Both the position numbers and the translations under genes were made by a program. Below are positions 29,299-41,218 of a stretch of DNA of 64,000 nucleotides, in pieces. The stretch lies in contig CAOKEO010000004.1 of the NCBI GenBank assembly GCA_948467495.1, positions 185 through 64,184 on the forward strand. The letters run 5' to 3'. Positions within the stretch are counted from its first letter, which is position 1, and the number at the start of each line of letters is the position of its first letter. The notes below the pieces were generated by a model that had not been told where the DNA came from, searched no databases, and was given only the letters and a program-made list of their open reading frames with translations. This DNA comes from an uncultured Clostridium sp. (GTDB taxonomy: Bacteria > Bacillota > Clostridia > TANB77 > CAG-508).

Positions 29299-30846
29299 TT
29301 ATTTTGCATAATCAATCACTCTAGTTTCTCTAATTACATTAACTTTTATTTGTCCTGGATAATCCATTTCGCTTTCTACCTTTTTAGCCACATCTCTTGC
29401 CAAAATTGTCATTTTATCATCTGATATTCTATCTGGTCTCACAATAATTCTAATCTCTCTACCTGCCTGAATAGCAAAAGATTTTTCAACACCATCAAAA
29501 GAATCTGCAATTTCCTCAAGATTTTGCAATCTCTTGATATAAGCTTCTACGGTTTCTCTTCTTGCACCTGGTCTAGATGCAGATATGGCATCTGCTGCCT
29601 GTATTAAAACTGCTTCTAGTGTTTTTGGTTCTACGTCTCCATGATGAGCCTCTACTGCATTAACAACAATATCATTTTCTTTATATTTTTTAAGAACTTC
29701 CACACCAATTTCAACATGAGTTCCTTCCATATCATGATCAAGTGCTTTACCAATATCATGTAACAATCCTGCTCTTCTAGCTAATTTGGGATCTAACCCT
29801 AATTCTTCTGCCATAATTCTTGCTAAATTAGAAACTTCAATGGAATGATTTAAAACATTTTGTCCATAACTTGTCCTATACTTCAATTTTCCAATTAATT
29901 TTACGACATCTGGATGAAGTCCAATTACGCCAGTTTCCAATACTGCTCTTTCCCCTTCTTCTTTGATAGTTGTATCAACCTCTTCTTTTGCCTTTTCCAC
30001 CATTTCTTCAATCTTAGCTGGATGAATTCTTCCATCATCAATCAATTTTTCTAAAGCAATTTTAGCAACTTCTCTTCTCAATGGGTCAAAACCTGATAAA
30101 ACAACTGCTTCTGGTGTATCATCGATAATTAAGTCAATTCCTGTCAAGGTTTCCAAAGCTTTTATATTTCTACCTTCTCTACCAATAATTCTTCCTTTCA
30201 TATCGTCATTTGGAAGTGCTACAATAGATACTGTCGTTTCTTGTGAATGATCTGCTGCACATTTTTGTACCGCATAACTCAAAATTTCTTTTGCATTTTT
30301 AATCGCTGTCTCTTTGGCTTTTTGTTCTTTTTCACGAATTAAAGCTGCTTTTTCAGCTGTTAATTCTTTATCCATTTCTGATAATAACCTAGCTTTTGCC
30401 TCATCTTTTGTTAGGGACGCAATTTTTTGAAGTTTTACCATTTCTTCTCTATGTAACTGAGAAATTTCCTCTCTTTGTTGTTGAATTGCTTGTAACTCTC
30501 TTTCCATTTCTCTCTCTTTTTTCTCAAAATTCCCTTCACGTTTTTCTAGGTTTTCTTCTTTTTGCATCAATCTAGACTCTTGTTTTTGTACTTCGCCTCT
30601 TCTTTCTTTAATCTCTTGATCTAACTCTTTTCTACTGCTCATGATTTCTTCTTTTGCTTTGAAGATTTCTTCTTTTTTCAAATTCTCTGCTTCTATTTTT
30701 GCTAAATCAATTAGTCTTTTGGCTTCATTTTCTGCTCCTTGTATTTTAGACTCTGCAATTTTTTTACGATACGCCATTCCAAATAGCGTTCCTATTGCTA
30801 ATGAGATTAAGCAAGTGGCGATAATGATTACTATGTTCATAATCAT
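29299..30846 (-). CDS. rny: ribonuclease Y
   Basis: N-terminal TM, coiled coil, KH domain ([11 protein letters not shown]) and HD domain (LLHDIGKA...HH). Confidence 0.93.
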   Translation of the reverse strand: MIMNIVIIIATCLISLAIGTLFGMAYRKKIAESKIQGAENEAKRLIDLAKIEAENLKKEEIFKAKEEIMSSRKELDQEIKERRGEVQKQESRLMQKEENLEKREGNFEKKEREMERELQAIQQQREEISQLHREEMVKLQKIASLTKDEAKARLLSEMDKELTAEKAALIREKEQKAKETAIKNAKEILSYAVQKCAADHSQETTVSIVALPNDDMKGRIIGREGRNIKALETLTGIDLIIDDTPEAVVLSGFDPLRREVAKIALEKLIDDGRIHPAKIEEMVEKAKEEVDTTIKEEGERAVLETGVIGLHPDVVKLIGKLKYRTSYGQNVLNHSIEVSNLARIMAEELGLDPKLARRAGLLHDIGKALDHDMEGTHVEIGVEVLKKYKENDIVVNAVEAHHGDVEPKTLEAVLIQAADAISASRPGARRETVEAYIKRLQNLEEIADSFDGVEKSFAIQAGREIRIIVRPDRISDDKMTILARDVAKKVESEMDYPGQIKVNVIRETRVIDYAK

Positions 30847-31086
30847 ACACCTCTTTCTTATTTAATTTTCAATGTTCGAATAAAATATATATCCATGTTC
30901 TTTAACAATATATTTTTTCCTTCCTCTTCTATTTTATCTTTATTATTGTAAACTGTCAAGTGATTTTAAAGAAAATCTAATCACCTTAAAAATAATTGTT
31001 ACAATTCACAGTTAAATTACTGGATAAGAAAAGCGTCTCCTAAAAAATGTGAAAAATCAAGCGAATGTAGAGTAATCAAATTAGAA

Positions 31087-31131
31087 ACCTCTTTGGGGAT
31101 AATTGGTGCCTGTCCCAAAAAGTACCCAAAC
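31087..31131. repeat. family 2 short intergenic repeat (partial)
   Basis: ggggataattggtgcctgtcccaaaaagtaccc. Confidence 0.6.
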
Positions 31132-31174
31132 AAAAAATACCAAAAAGTCAATTCTTTCTGGTATTTTTGTATTT

Positions 31175-33058
31175 TTATTTATTTTTTTGAACATTAATGG
31201 CTAATATCTCTTCTAGCTCTTGTGATGTAATCTTTTCTACCTCTCGAATTTCGAAATCTACCACAGTGTCATCTGAAATTTCTGACCATAAATATCCCGT
31301 TTTATTTTTAGTTGTATCATCTCCTAACATATATTCATATGAAAATTCTGCTTGATTAAAGGTTCTTCCCTTTACTTGTATAGTTTTGATATCTGATAAA
31401 ACAACATTTTTATAGTTTGATTCTTTTTCAAAATATTCTTTCTTTTCTTGCAAATCTTGATAATATTCGTCTTTATTTGCATAGGCAGTCGCTATTCTAA
31501 TAGAAATATCTCCTTTTTCAATGGTTTTATAATTGTCAGAAATATAATTTAACTTATATCCAGATGGCACATTAAATGTTATTTTTTGACTATCATCATA
31601 GGAAATAATTTCGTTTTTGGTTTCATTATTCTCTTTTTTGTTATCGTTTTCATCTTCCTTTTCTTGCCTATTATCTCTATCATCATCTTTATCCTCATCA
31701 TACTCGTTGTCCCCCATTGTTGTTTGCTCCATAAAATTCAAGGGACTTCCACCTATAAAGTCATTTATTAATTCAAATAATTTTGATTTTTGAAGATTTG
31801 TCATGAATGTTTGTTGGTCATCACTTGTTAATTCTTGTGTTTTAACACTATTTTCGGTATTGATTTTCTCGATGTTTTCATTGAAATTTTGATTATATTC
31901 GATGTTTAAATTTACTTTTCCAAAATCCTTTACATCCATTGCTAGTGAAAGCATTCCTTCTTGTTTATTTTTTTCTTCTACCTTTACGGTTCCTTTACCT
32001 GCCACATTGTCTTTGTCAGAAATCTCAAAATCATAACTATCTTTTGCTGTATTGGTAACTGCTATGGTAACTGTCTCATCACTTGGTTGACTATAAACTG
32101 TTAGTGTAAACTTTTGTATTTTTTTCACGAAACCTGTCGTGTATATAGCCATTTCTATTGTTGATTTTTCATCCTCTTCTAAATCTTCTATTTGTTCCAT
32201 AAAACGTTCTAAAAAATCTGATACTTTATCCTTTTCTTCAAAGCAATTAATAAATTCTTGATTATCTTTTAAATTTCTAAAAACAGTTGTCAATTCTTGT
32301 TTTAATTGCTTTTCATTCATTTTTATTGTATTCTTAGTAGTCGCAATCGTCTTTCCATTAACAGTAATATCTTCTTTTTCAGCAGTACAATATTGTTCTT
32401 TTATTACATTTGTTACTTCTTTCTTGAAAATGTTCATTGCTTTTTCTAGGGATTTTTGTTGCTTAGCTGTCATTTTTTGTTTTTCTAAAACTTCTTTAAA
32501 ATAAGTATAAAATTCTTCATCCATATCTTCAATTTCAATATATTTATCGAAGAAATTTTTTAATTGCAGATAAGTTTTTTCTTCTTTTACATTAGAATAC
32601 ATTTGAATATCTAATAAATCTTCTTTATCGTAGTCTGCTTTCACATTCATGATAAATTGCTGACTTTCATTATCAGTTTGTACATCCATTCCTATATTGA
32701 TTTTGTTAATTAAATCTGTTACCTTCTTATCAATTTTATCAGTATCAACATTTGCACTTAATTTTAAAGATGTTTTTGAAGTTTTATTATTCATGTTTTT
32801 CATTTCATTGGTATAAGAATCAATTGTACTTCCTACTAATTTTTTATACACTTTTTCTGGTTTATTATTAATCGTAAAATAATAGACAAATCCTGCTATA
32901 AGTGCCACCATTAATACAATGGCAACGATTAATAACGCTATTTTATTTTTTCCTTTCTTTCCATCATTTCCTCCTGAAGTTACATTAAAGTTAGTTTCTT
33001 GCCCATTGAAAATCTGATTTTGGTTTAGGTTTGGTTGGTTTTCTTCTCCCATTTTCAT
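31175..33058 (-). CDS. large membrane-anchored hypothetical protein (627 aa)
   Basis: Single N-terminal TM after a Gln/Asn/Gly-rich head. Acidic D/E/K-rich insert near residue 450. No family recognised. Confidence 0.6.
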   Translation of the reverse strand: MKMGEENQPNLNQNQIFNGQETNFNVTSGGNDGKKGKNKIALLIVAIVLMVALIAGFVYYFTINNKPEKVYKKLVGSTIDSYTNEMKNMNNKTSKTSLKLSANVDTDKIDKKVTDLINKINIGMDVQTDNESQQFIMNVKADYDKEDLLDIQMYSNVKEEKTYLQLKNFFDKYIEIEDMDEEFYTYFKEVLEKQKMTAKQQKSLEKAMNIFKKEVTNVIKEQYCTAEKEDITVNGKTIATTKNTIKMNEKQLKQELTTVFRNLKDNQEFINCFEEKDKVSDFLERFMEQIEDLEEDEKSTIEMAIYTTGFVKKIQKFTLTVYSQPSDETVTIAVTNTAKDSYDFEISDKDNVAGKGTVKVEEKNKQEGMLSLAMDVKDFGKVNLNIEYNQNFNENIEKINTENSVKTQELTSDDQQTFMTNLQKSKLFELINDFIGGSPLNFMEQTTMGDNEYDEDKDDDRDNRQEKEDENDNKKENNETKNEIISYDDSQKITFNVPSGYKLNYISDNYKTIEKGDISIRIATAYANKDEYYQDLQEKKEYFEKESNYKNVVLSDIKTIQVKGRTFNQAEFSYEYMLGDDTTKNKTGYLWSEISDDTVVDFEIREVEKITSQELEEILAINVQKNK

Positions 33059-33177
33059 TCCCCTTTCTTATTTATCTATTAATGATATATCATAACGTGT
33101 ACTATTTTTCAATCGTTTGTGTCATTTTATTTACTTATTTCAATTTTATGCTACTTATGGTACTTTGTAAATCATAG

Positions 33178-33236
33178 ACCTGTCCCAAAAAACACCTCTA
33201 GGGATAATCTGTGCCTGTCCCAGAACGCACCCAGAA
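33178..33236. repeat. family 2 short intergenic repeat
   Basis: acctgtcccaaaaaacacctctagggataatctgtgcctgtcccagaacgcaccc. Abuts the ileS stop. Confidence 0.7.
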
Positions 33237-33242
33237 TCCACC

Positions 33243-36200
33243 TTAGCATACTTTCATATCCATTTTCAAACTTTCTCCATTAATATTGGTTTCTGCATAG
33301 GTGTTTCTATCTTGATTATAAATTACTTCAACAGCTAGTGTATCATGTTTGATTAATGATTCGTTCTTTTGGATGATGTCTTCTAACATAGTATTTCCTG
33401 CTACATAAAGATGGATATGGTCTAGTACTTCAAATCCTTTGTCTTTTCTCATGTTTTGTACTTTGGATAAAATTTCTCTTACATAGCCTTCTTCTTTTAG
33501 TTCTGGAGAAATGTGAGTATCTAATACGACACCGATTTCGCCTTCTCCACTAAAGGCAAATCCTTCTTTTCCTTGCATGGTGACTAATAAATTTTCTGCA
33601 TTTAGACCGATTTGTGTTTCGTCTATTTCGATGTATTCTACACCACCGTTTTTTACCGTATTGGCTAAATCCATTTGATTTTTGTTAGCAATTTCTTGTT
33701 TGATTTTTGGAATTAGTTTACCATATTCTTTTCCTAATACTGGTAAGTTTGGCTTGATTTCAAAATTAACATAGTTTGACATTTCGGCTCCTAGGTTAAT
33801 TTCTTTTACATTTAATTCTTCTTTTACAATGTCTGCATAATATTCTGGTAACGTGTCAATGGAAATTAGCATTTTAGAAAGTGGTTGTCTGTTTTTGATA
33901 TTGGCAATATTTCTTGCTCCACGTCCTAATTTTACGATTTTATAAGCTAAATCCATCTCTAGTTCTAGGTTTTTGTCAATTTCTGTTTGGCTTACTTCTG
34001 GCCATAAGCATAAATGCACGCTTTCTGGTGCTTGTGGATTTAATCCTACTACTAGATTTTGATAGATTTCGTCTGCCATAAATGGTACAAATGGTGCGAC
34101 TACTTTTACTAAGGTTGTTAATACACGATATAAAGTACAGTAAGCTCCAATTTTTTCGTCATTTAATTCTTGTGCCCAAAATCTTTCTCGATTTCTACGC
34201 ACATACCAGTTAGAAAGTTGATCGGTAAAGGCTTCTATTTGCAAGGCTGCAGCTGTAATGTCATAATGTTCTAATTTCTCATCTACCTCTTTTATTAACG
34301 TATTTAATTTTGAAAGAATCCATTTGTCCATGATATTGATTGGCTTAAAGTCTTGATATTGCAATGGATTGAATTGGTCAATTTCGGCATATAGCACATA
34401 GAAAGAATAGACATTCCATAAGGTACTTAAAAATCCTCTCTGGGTCTCTTGTACATTGTTTAATCCCAATCTAGTTGGAAGCCAAGGGGCACTTACGGTA
34501 TAAAAATGCCATCTGGTTGCATCTGCTCCTACGGTATCTAGTAATTCCATTGGGTCTACACCATTTCCTTTGGATTTTGACATTTTTTGTCCTTTTTCAT
34601 CTAATACATGACCTAATACGATACAATTTTCAAATGGAGTTCTGCCAAATAAAGCCGTTCCAATGGCTGTTAACGTATAGAACCAACCTCTGGTTTGATC
34701 AACTGCTTCTGATATAAAACCAGCTGGAAAATTGTTGTCAAACATTTCCTTGTTTTCAAATGGATAATGCCATTGGGCAAAAGGCATGGAACCAGAGTCA
34801 AACCAACAGTCGATTACCTCTTTGGCTCTGTGCATTTTTTTGCCACATTTTGGACATTTTAAATCTACGTTGTCAATATATGGTTTGTGTAATTCAATAT
34901 CTTCTGGTACATCAATTCCTTTTTCCTTCAATTCTTCAATGGAACCAATGCACTCTTGATGATGGCAATTTTCGTCTTCACAAATCCATACTGGTAGTGG
35001 TGTTCCCCAGTATCTATCTCTTGAAATTCCCCAGTCAATTACATTTTCTAAGAATTTTCCAAATCTTCCTGTTCGGATGGTGTCTGGATACCAGTTTACC
35101 TTATTGTTGTTGGCAACTAATTCCTCTCTTAGTTTGCTCATGGCAACAAACCAACTTTCTTTTGGATAATAAAGAAGCGGTGTATCACATCTCCAACAAT
35201 GAGGGTAAGCGTGTAAATGTTTTTCTTTGCTGAATAATTTGTTTTCTTCTTTTAACCATTTGCATATATCCTCGTTGCAATCTCTTACAAATCTGCCAGC
35301 CCATGGTTCTACCTCTTTTACAAACTTTCCTGCTTTATCTACTAAGTTAATGAAAGTAATGCCATTTTGTTTGGATACCAAACTGTCATCTTCTCCATAT
35401 GCTGGTGCAATATGAACAATTCCTGTACCATCATCTAAATTGACATAGTCGCCATGAATTACTTCAAAGGCTTTTCCTTCTACTGTTCCAAAAGGCATTA
35501 GTCTTTCATATTTGGTACCAAGTAATTCTTCTCCTTTAAAGGTTTTCATGATTTCATAAGGGGTATCCTTTAAAACAGTTTCTAGTAAGTCTTTTGCTAA
35601 AATGTAAGTCTCAAATTGTGGTTCATCTTCTGTTCCTATATTAGCTTTTACCTCTACATATTCATAAGATTGGTTGACGCAAAGTGCTAAGTTTGATGGT
35701 AAAGTCCATGGTGTTGTTGTCCAAGCCAAAATATATTTATCTTCATTTACCACTTTAAATTTCGCAATACAAGTTAAATCTTTGACATCTTTATACCCTT
35801 GTGCTACCTCATGGGAAGATAAAGCTGTTCCACATCTTGGGCAATATGGCATAACTTTGTGACCTTCATATAAAAGTCCTTTTTCCCACATTTGTTTTAA
35901 TGCCCACCAAACGGATTCAATGTATTCATTGTGATAGGTGACATATGGTTTTTCCATGTCTACCCAAAATCCTACTTTGTTTGTCATTTCTTCCCACATA
36001 GAAACATAAGTAAAGACACTTTCTTTACATTCTTTGACGAACTTTTCTACCCCATATTCTTCAATTTGCTCTTTCCCTGAAATACCTAATTTCTTCTCAA
36101 TTTCAAGTTCTACTGGAAGTCCATGGGTATCCCAGCCAGCTTTACGGATTACTTTGTAACCTTTCATCACTTTATATCTTGGGATAATGTCTTTCATAAC

Positions 36201-36386
36201 TCTTGTTTCAATATGTCCTACATGTGGCTTCCCATTGGCTGTTGGCGGTCCATCATAAAAGGTGAAATGCCTTTTTCCTTCATTCATGGCAAAATTCTTT
36301 TTGATGATGTCCTTCTCCTTCCATGTTTTGGCTACTTCTTTTTCCATTCCTACAAAGCCATTTTTAAATTCTACTTTTTTGTACAT
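33243..36386 (-). CDS. ileS: isoleucine--tRNA ligase (long, type 2-like form)
   Basis: [11 protein letters not shown] (HIGH), KMSKSKGN (KMSKS) and the editing-domain motif [10 protein letters not shown]. Start at 36386 behind GAGGAGG. Confidence 0.95.
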   Translation of the reverse strand: MYKKVEFKNGFVGMEKEVAKTWKEKDIIKKNFAMNEGKRHFTFYDGPPTANGKPHVGHIETRVMKDIIPRYKVMKGYKVIRKAGWDTHGLPVELEIEKKLGISGKEQIEEYGVEKFVKECKESVFTYVSMWEEMTNKVGFWVDMEKPYVTYHNEYIESVWWALKQMWEKGLLYEGHKVMPYCPRCGTALSSHEVAQGYKDVKDLTCIAKFKVVNEDKYILAWTTTPWTLPSNLALCVNQSYEYVEVKANIGTEDEPQFETYILAKDLLETVLKDTPYEIMKTFKGEELLGTKYERLMPFGTVEGKAFEVIHGDYVNLDDGTGIVHIAPAYGEDDSLVSKQNGITFINLVDKAGKFVKEVEPWAGRFVRDCNEDICKWLKEENKLFSKEKHLHAYPHCWRCDTPLLYYPKESWFVAMSKLREELVANNNKVNWYPDTIRTGRFGKFLENVIDWGISRDRYWGTPLPVWICEDENCHHQECIGSIEELKEKGIDVPEDIELHKPYIDNVDLKCPKCGKKMHRAKEVIDCWFDSGSMPFAQWHYPFENKEMFDNNFPAGFISEAVDQTRGWFYTLTAIGTALFGRTPFENCIVLGHVLDEKGQKMSKSKGNGVDPMELLDTVGADATRWHFYTVSAPWLPTRLGLNNVQETQRGFLSTLWNVYSFYVLYAEIDQFNPLQYQDFKPINIMDKWILSKLNTLIKEVDEKLEHYDITAAALQIEAFTDQLSNWYVRRNRERFWAQELNDEKIGAYCTLYRVLTTLVKVVAPFVPFMADEIYQNLVVGLNPQAPESVHLCLWPEVSQTEIDKNLELEMDLAYKIVKLGRGARNIANIKNRQPLSKMLISIDTLPEYYADIVKEELNVKEINLGAEMSNYVNFEIKPNLPVLGKEYGKLIPKIKQEIANKNQMDLANTVKNGGVEYIEIDETQIGLNAENLLVTMQGKEGFAFSGEGEIGVVLDTHISPELKEEGYVREILSKVQNMRKDKGFEVLDHIHLYVAGNTMLEDIIQKNESLIKHDTLAVEVIYNQDRNTYAETNINGESLKMDMKVC

Positions 36387-36420
36387 CTTTCTATTCCTCC
36401 TCAAATTCTTTTTAACTTAA

Positions 36421-36483
36421 TGTATTATCTATTATTTTGCAACACCGCATAAGCGATTAAACGAGCCTACGCCCCCTGTGTCC
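36421..36483. repeat. family 1 repeat, internally deleted remnant
   Basis: tgtattatctattattttgcaacaccgcataagcgattaaacgagc plus a degenerate TIR ctacgccccctgtgtcc. Confidence 0.5.
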
Positions 36484-36729
36484 TTATTGGTTTACACTTT
36501 CAATTTCTTGTAATTCAAATCTATATTTTTGTTTTACGTTCGGATATTTTTCATGGTCTACCTCTGATAAAAACATATCTAATGGTCTGACACATAAAGA
36601 ACCGTCTCCATATAAATGCCTATATACTACCATTTTTTCTTTGGTTTCACTATGATAAGCAATGTCTTCTACTAAATAGTAGTCTCCTTTGAAATGTTTG
36701 TAGATTCCTTTGATTTTTAGTTCTCTCAT
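36484..36729 (-). CDS. DUF1653 domain protein
   Basis: [46 protein letters not shown] is the characteristic DUF1653 pattern. Confidence 0.75.
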   Translation of the reverse strand: MRELKIKGIYKHFKGDYYLVEDIAYHSETKEKMVVYRHLYGDGSLCVRPLDMFLSEVDHEKYPNVKQKYRFELQEIESVNQ

Positions 36730-37634
36730 TTTTGTTCACCGTCCTTTCTTTTTAAGTTATATTCTGCTTGAAAAAGATTTTCTTGCTCTTTTGGGCTAAT
36801 GTATATTTTTTGATTTTTATCATCTATATAAAAATACTTATTTTCATAAAAGTCAAATTGAATTTCTTTTTTATCTTTTGTTTTTTCTTCTAAATTAACC
36901 TGTAAAATCTCTATTATATTATGATTGATATTAAAAATCGTAGCATAGGCTAAATATTTTTCCCATAAATAGATTTCTAAAATTTCTCTTTTATCAATTA
37001 AGGAATAGTCTTGTAAATATTTTTTTAACCCCTTTAGTCTTTCTTTTTCTTCTTTTGCTTTTGGCGTATATATATCAATGTTTTTGAATTTTTTATCCAA
37101 ATAGATACCTATGATAGTAAATAAGCATAAAACAAGTAAAGAACCGTATAAATCACCCACTCCAATTCTTACTATAAAAAATAAAATCATTAACAAAATC
37201 ATTATCATCATTGTATTGAAATATTTTTCTTTTAATTCTAATTTTTGTTTATCGATATATTCATCTTCTATTGTTTCCTCTATTATCAAGTCTTTTAATT
37301 GTTTTTTATGGTTGTAAAAAATTCGATTATTGTTTCTAGTGATTTCCTCTAATTTCAATTGGCTATCTTTTTCTATATCACTTTCTTTTAAACATTTGAA
37401 TATCAATTTTTCTGTTTTCTTTAGTGTTTCTTTTGCATTTTGTATTTGTATGATTACTTTTCCTTTTTCATCTTTATTGAATTGGATGTATTGTTTCAGG
37501 TGTAATTGTAAGATTGTACTTGTGATGATTCGATTCATTACCTTTTTATCCAAAATTTTTTCATCACATAGGAGCGATACTTCACCCATCGAAATTTTTG
37601 AATTGACTTCATCTCTGACATATTCCGCTTCCAT
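36726..37634 (-). CDS. membrane protein resembling the C-terminal half of DUF2207 proteins
   Basis: ...[16 protein letters not shown]..., two or three TM helices, ...[12 protein letters not shown].... The ATGA overlaps the next gene. Confidence 0.5.
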   Translation of the reverse strand: MEAEYVRDEVNSKISMGEVSLLCDEKILDKKVMNRIITSTILQLHLKQYIQFNKDEKGKVIIQIQNAKETLKKTEKLIFKCLKESDIEKDSQLKLEEITRNNNRIFYNHKKQLKDLIIEETIEDEYIDKQKLELKEKYFNTMMIMILLMILFFIVRIGVGDLYGSLLVLCLFTIIGIYLDKKFKNIDIYTPKAKEEKERLKGLKKYLQDYSLIDKREILEIYLWEKYLAYATIFNINHNIIEILQVNLEEKTKDKKEIQFDFYENKYFYIDDKNQKIYISPKEQENLFQAEYNLKRKDGEQK

Positions 37635-37667
37635 TGTTTCTCCTTTTCTAACATTTTATATGTTTCC

Positions 37668-37960
37668 ATCAAAAAAACTCCTCGTCCTAAATTAGGACGA
37701 AAAGTTCTTTCCCTTCCGCGGTACCACCTATTTTAGCAAATTTATATGAAAAAACAAATTTGAGAATTTCTAACGCATAACTTATCCGTAATTCGCTAAT
37801 GCTCCTACGGTTAAGAAATCTAAGCGGTGACAACCGCAAAGAAATTCTAGAAATTTGCATATTTATCTTCTACAGAAAGTTATCATGCTATGATAACTTT
37901 CCTAGAATATAAAAATTATACAATCCACTCTCTCCATTTTCCTTTAACGCAGGTGATACG
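37668..37960 (-). promoter_or_regulatory. T-box riboswitch leader with terminator/antiterminator
   Basis: The minus strand contains AATAGGTGGTACCGCGG (T-box sequence, + coordinates 37716..37732). This is followed by hairpin cgtcctaaattaggacg (37683..37699) and a U-run. A GGAGAGAGTGG (AGAGA-box-like) element lies upstream. Confidence 0.6.
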
Positions 37961-38221
37961 GTTAAACTTAGTCTTTTATTCATTTCAGTTTAACAACAAA
38001 CTAAGGTGATAATAAATAACTTTTACTTACCAAAATCACAGCATTCTTTGGCTCTCTTTAAGATATTACATTATTTATCTTATCCTTGTTATCGTTTTAT
38101 CTTTTTTTATTGCTATTATTATACCACATTTATTCACTTTTGCAACACTTTTTTTCTCTTTCAGTTTTGTTTTTGGTAAACTCATTGGAATATTCCTTTT
38201 TATCTCTTTCTATTTTGTCTA

Positions 38222-38890
38222 TTATACTGCTGTGAATTCCCCCATATCAAACTGTTCTTTCCATTCTTCTATGCGACTAATTCTTGCATTATAAAAATTA
38301 AGTCTTCCCTCATGAGCACAAACTAGCTTTTTGAATTCAGCATGTTCCATATCATTTACTTTTTGTGAAATAAACACCTTTTCAAATTTAACATCAAAAT
38401 ATTCTTTCATTTCGTTAAATTGATTGCTAATACTTTTTTCCATAGTATCTAAGATATCAATTAAGTCTAATCTATCTTTTTTACGTCCTTCTTCTAAAGC
38501 AATTACTCTTTCATTTATTCCTGCTAAAATTTTTGTGCTTTCCTTCCACTTTTTATCATTTGCTTCCCATTTTTGGTTATTTGCTATCCAAAGTTGTTGG
38601 TTTTCATTCCATCTCTTGTTGTTTTCCTCCCAACGTTTCTCATTGACCTCCCATTTTTGGTTATTTGCTATCCAAAGTTGTTGGTTTTCATTCCATCTTT
38701 TGTTGTTTTCTTCCCAACGTTTCTCATTTGCCTTCCATCTTCTGTCATTTTCCTCCCAACGTTTCTCATTGGCTTCCCATCTTCTGTCATTTTCCTCCCA
38801 ACGTTTCTCATTGACTTCCCATTTTTTGTTATTCTCTTCTCTAAACTCTCTCAATTCCATCAATATCACATTTGCCATCGTATCTTCCAC
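38222..38890 (-). CDS. hypothetical protein with about 13-14 consecutive Trp-containing heptads (N-x-x-x-W-x-x) and a helical C-terminal domain
   Basis: NEKRWEE NDRRWEA NEKRWEE NDRRWKA NEKRWEE NNKRWNE NQQLWIA NNQKWEV.... Includes an about 75-bp near-perfect DNA duplication. Confidence 0.6.
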   Translation of the reverse strand: MEDTMANVILMELREFREENNKKWEVNEKRWEENDRRWEANEKRWEENDRRWKANEKRWEENNKRWNENQQLWIANNQKWEVNEKRWEENNKRWNENQQLWIANNQKWEANDKKWKESTKILAGINERVIALEEGRKKDRLDLIDILDTMEKSISNQFNEMKEYFDVKFEKVFISQKVNDMEHAEFKKLVCAHEGRLNFYNARISRIEEWKEQFDMGEFTAV

Positions 38891-39040
38891 TTTATCACCT
38901 CCATTCTATTTTCATTAAATTTAAGATATCTTTAAATTAATATGTAAAACTTTACTTTGTCTATATCTTGGTCAACATTTAATCATAAGTTCCATATAAT
39001 GTCAATAGAAAAAACAAAAAAATTTAAAATTTCTATAACG

Positions 39041-39293
39041 ATTCAGAGGTGATACCTTTCAATTAGAAAGTTTCTATATTTTTTATGATGTGCCTCTTTC
39101 ACGTTCAACTGCAAATTCCTATATTGGTAATAAATAATTCGGTTTCCTCCATAAAACAAGAAATTCTAAGATTATTTTTTGGCACCCTTCCATCAATAGA
39201 TGAACTCTTTCCAAAAAATAATCTAAGAATTTCTAATTTTATTCCAGTCACATTCATTATTTATTACCAATATAGGAATTTGCAGTTGCCTTA
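39041..39293. repeat. composite repeat: family 3 end (ataacgattcagaggtgata...) joined to an about 200-bp nested palindrome
   Basis: caactgcaaattcctatattggtaataaataa ... ttatttattaccaatataggaatttgcagttg. Inner arms are aagaaattctaagattattttttgg / ccaaaaaataatctaagaatttct. Confidence 0.55.
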
Positions 39294-39358
39294 AACATCC
39301 CTCATTTTATTTTATACAAGGTATATTCTGAAGCTTGATTTCCCCCTATAAAATTACG

Positions 39359-41107
39359 CTATCCAACTAATCCACTATAATAAGCATGATACAACTTACT
39401 ATAATAACCATCTGGTCGATTAACTAACTCCATATGATTTCCTTCTTCTATCATCTCACCTTGATTTAGAACAATAATTTTATCCACATTCACAATAGTA
39501 GACAATCGATGAGCAATAAAAATTGAGGTTTTTTCTTTTGAAATTTTGTCAACAGACTTTTGAACCAATTCTTCTGTTTTGGTATCAATGTTAGCCGTTG
39601 CCTCATCTAAGATAAAAATAGAAGGATTATGAGCAAAAATTCTAGCAAATGCTAATAACTGTTTTTGCCCAGAAGAATAAGAATTTCCCCTTTCTTGTGA
39701 AATCTCATCTATGCCATTTGGTAAACTATTGACAAATTCTTCTGCTGATGCCAATTCAATGGTCTTATGAATATATTTTTCTGAAAAACTTTTATTTAGC
39801 TGAATATTGTCCCTGATACTTCTTGCAAAAACAAATGGATCTTGCAAAATAATACCAATTTTCTCTCTTAAAGAACGCAAATTAATGTCTTTAATATTGA
39901 TACCATCTAACAATATTTCACCTTTTTGTATTTCATAAAATCGATTGATTAAATTCGTAATGGTTGTTTTTCCTGAACCTGTTTTTCCAACAAAAGCAAC
40001 ACTTTGACCTGGTTCAATCGTAAAACTAATATTTTTTAATATCCAGTTTTCTCCTTCATAAGCAAACCAAACATTTCTAAACTCAATCTTGCCTTCTACT
40101 TTTTCTAATACTTTTCCATCTTCAAAATTCTCTAAATATTCTTTCTGTTCTAATATATCATAAATTTTATCTATGGAAACCATTGCCTCTTGAATGGTTT
40201 CAAAATTTTCAACTAATCGATTGATTGGGTCAAACATCTGCTTCATATAAGTAACAAATACATAAACTAAACCAACATCGATAGACATTCCTACCCATTG
40301 ATTGATACATGCCCATACAATAATAGCAACTCCTAAATTTTCTAAAACGGTCATAATACCTGGTAAGATAGCTGCTGTAATTCCAACAGGATTTCTAGTT
40401 TTCCAATGCTTGGTACACAATTTTACACATTCTTTTTGTTTTTCGTATTGTCGGTTAAATATTTTGATTAGTTTTACACCATAAATAGATTCTGCTAAAA
40501 ATACATTTACTTTTGTTTTTGCTATTTTTGATTCTTCTTTAAGTTTTTTACTAATTTTTGTAACAATAACCGATGATATTATAACCAAAGGAATTACTAT
40601 AAAAGATAAAAGACCCAATTTATAATTTAATGTTAGCATCATAATAATAAGAACAACAATAATCAAAATATCTTTTATAAAAGTCGTAATAACCTCTTTA
40701 AATAAAGTAGTAATATCTTCTACATCACTTGTTATTCTCACAAAAAGTGTACCAGCTGATGTTTTATCATGAAATGAAATATTGGCATATTGTATGTATT
40801 TATATAATCTATTTCGAATCGAATAAATTACATTTTCTCCCATCATGCTAGTAGCTGTTGTAACAATAAAATTTAAAATATTTCCTACTATCACGATAGC
40901 AATATAAATAGCACCTATCATGCCAATTGTCATTATTCCTTTTTGATATAAATTAGCACTTAAATAATCATCAATAACCGTCTTAATTAAATATGGTTTT
41001 ACTACTTCACCAATATTAATGAAAATGGCTAAAATGGATATGATTGCTATGGATTTTGCTTGTGATTTTAGCATTTTATAAATTCTTTGTAAGGTTCTAT
41101 TTTTCAT
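39359..41107 (-). CDS. ABC exporter, fused permease/ATPase (MsbA/multidrug type)
   Basis: Six-TM N-domain, Walker A GKTGSGKTT, signature SSGQKQ, Walker B ILDEAT. Confidence 0.85.
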   Translation of the reverse strand: MKNRTLQRIYKMLKSQAKSIAIISILAIFINIGEVVKPYLIKTVIDDYLSANLYQKGIMTIGMIGAIYIAIVIVGNILNFIVTTATSMMGENVIYSIRNRLYKYIQYANISFHDKTSAGTLFVRITSDVEDITTLFKEVITTFIKDILIIVVLIIMMLTLNYKLGLLSFIVIPLVIISSVIVTKISKKLKEESKIAKTKVNVFLAESIYGVKLIKIFNRQYEKQKECVKLCTKHWKTRNPVGITAAILPGIMTVLENLGVAIIVWACINQWVGMSIDVGLVYVFVTYMKQMFDPINRLVENFETIQEAMVSIDKIYDILEQKEYLENFEDGKVLEKVEGKIEFRNVWFAYEGENWILKNISFTIEPGQSVAFVGKTGSGKTTITNLINRFYEIQKGEILLDGINIKDINLRSLREKIGIILQDPFVFARSIRDNIQLNKSFSEKYIHKTIELASAEEFVNSLPNGIDEISQERGNSYSSGQKQLLAFARIFAHNPSIFILDEATANIDTKTEELVQKSVDKISKEKTSIFIAHRLSTIVNVDKIIVLNQGEMIEEGNHMELVNRPDGYYSKLYHAYYSGLVG

Positions 41108-41218
41108 CTGTTCTTCCTTTCTTTGATACTTTTGAATCAGTCAAAGTAGCTATATGCTATTTGTACTCTATTATTTTTTACACCTTGATTTGAAAGCATC
41201 AGCACTACCCTTCCTTAT

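Noticed and set aside
37668-37960. Assigning the T-box specifier codon (for example AUA in gaagATAaa, or AUC)
   Set aside because: I could not define the Stem I specifier loop reliably by eye, so I left it unassigned.
38569-38720. An about 75-bp tandem DNA repeat as a non-coding repeat element
   Set aside because: It lies inside the ORF and is in phase with the heptad protein repeat, so it is a coding duplication.
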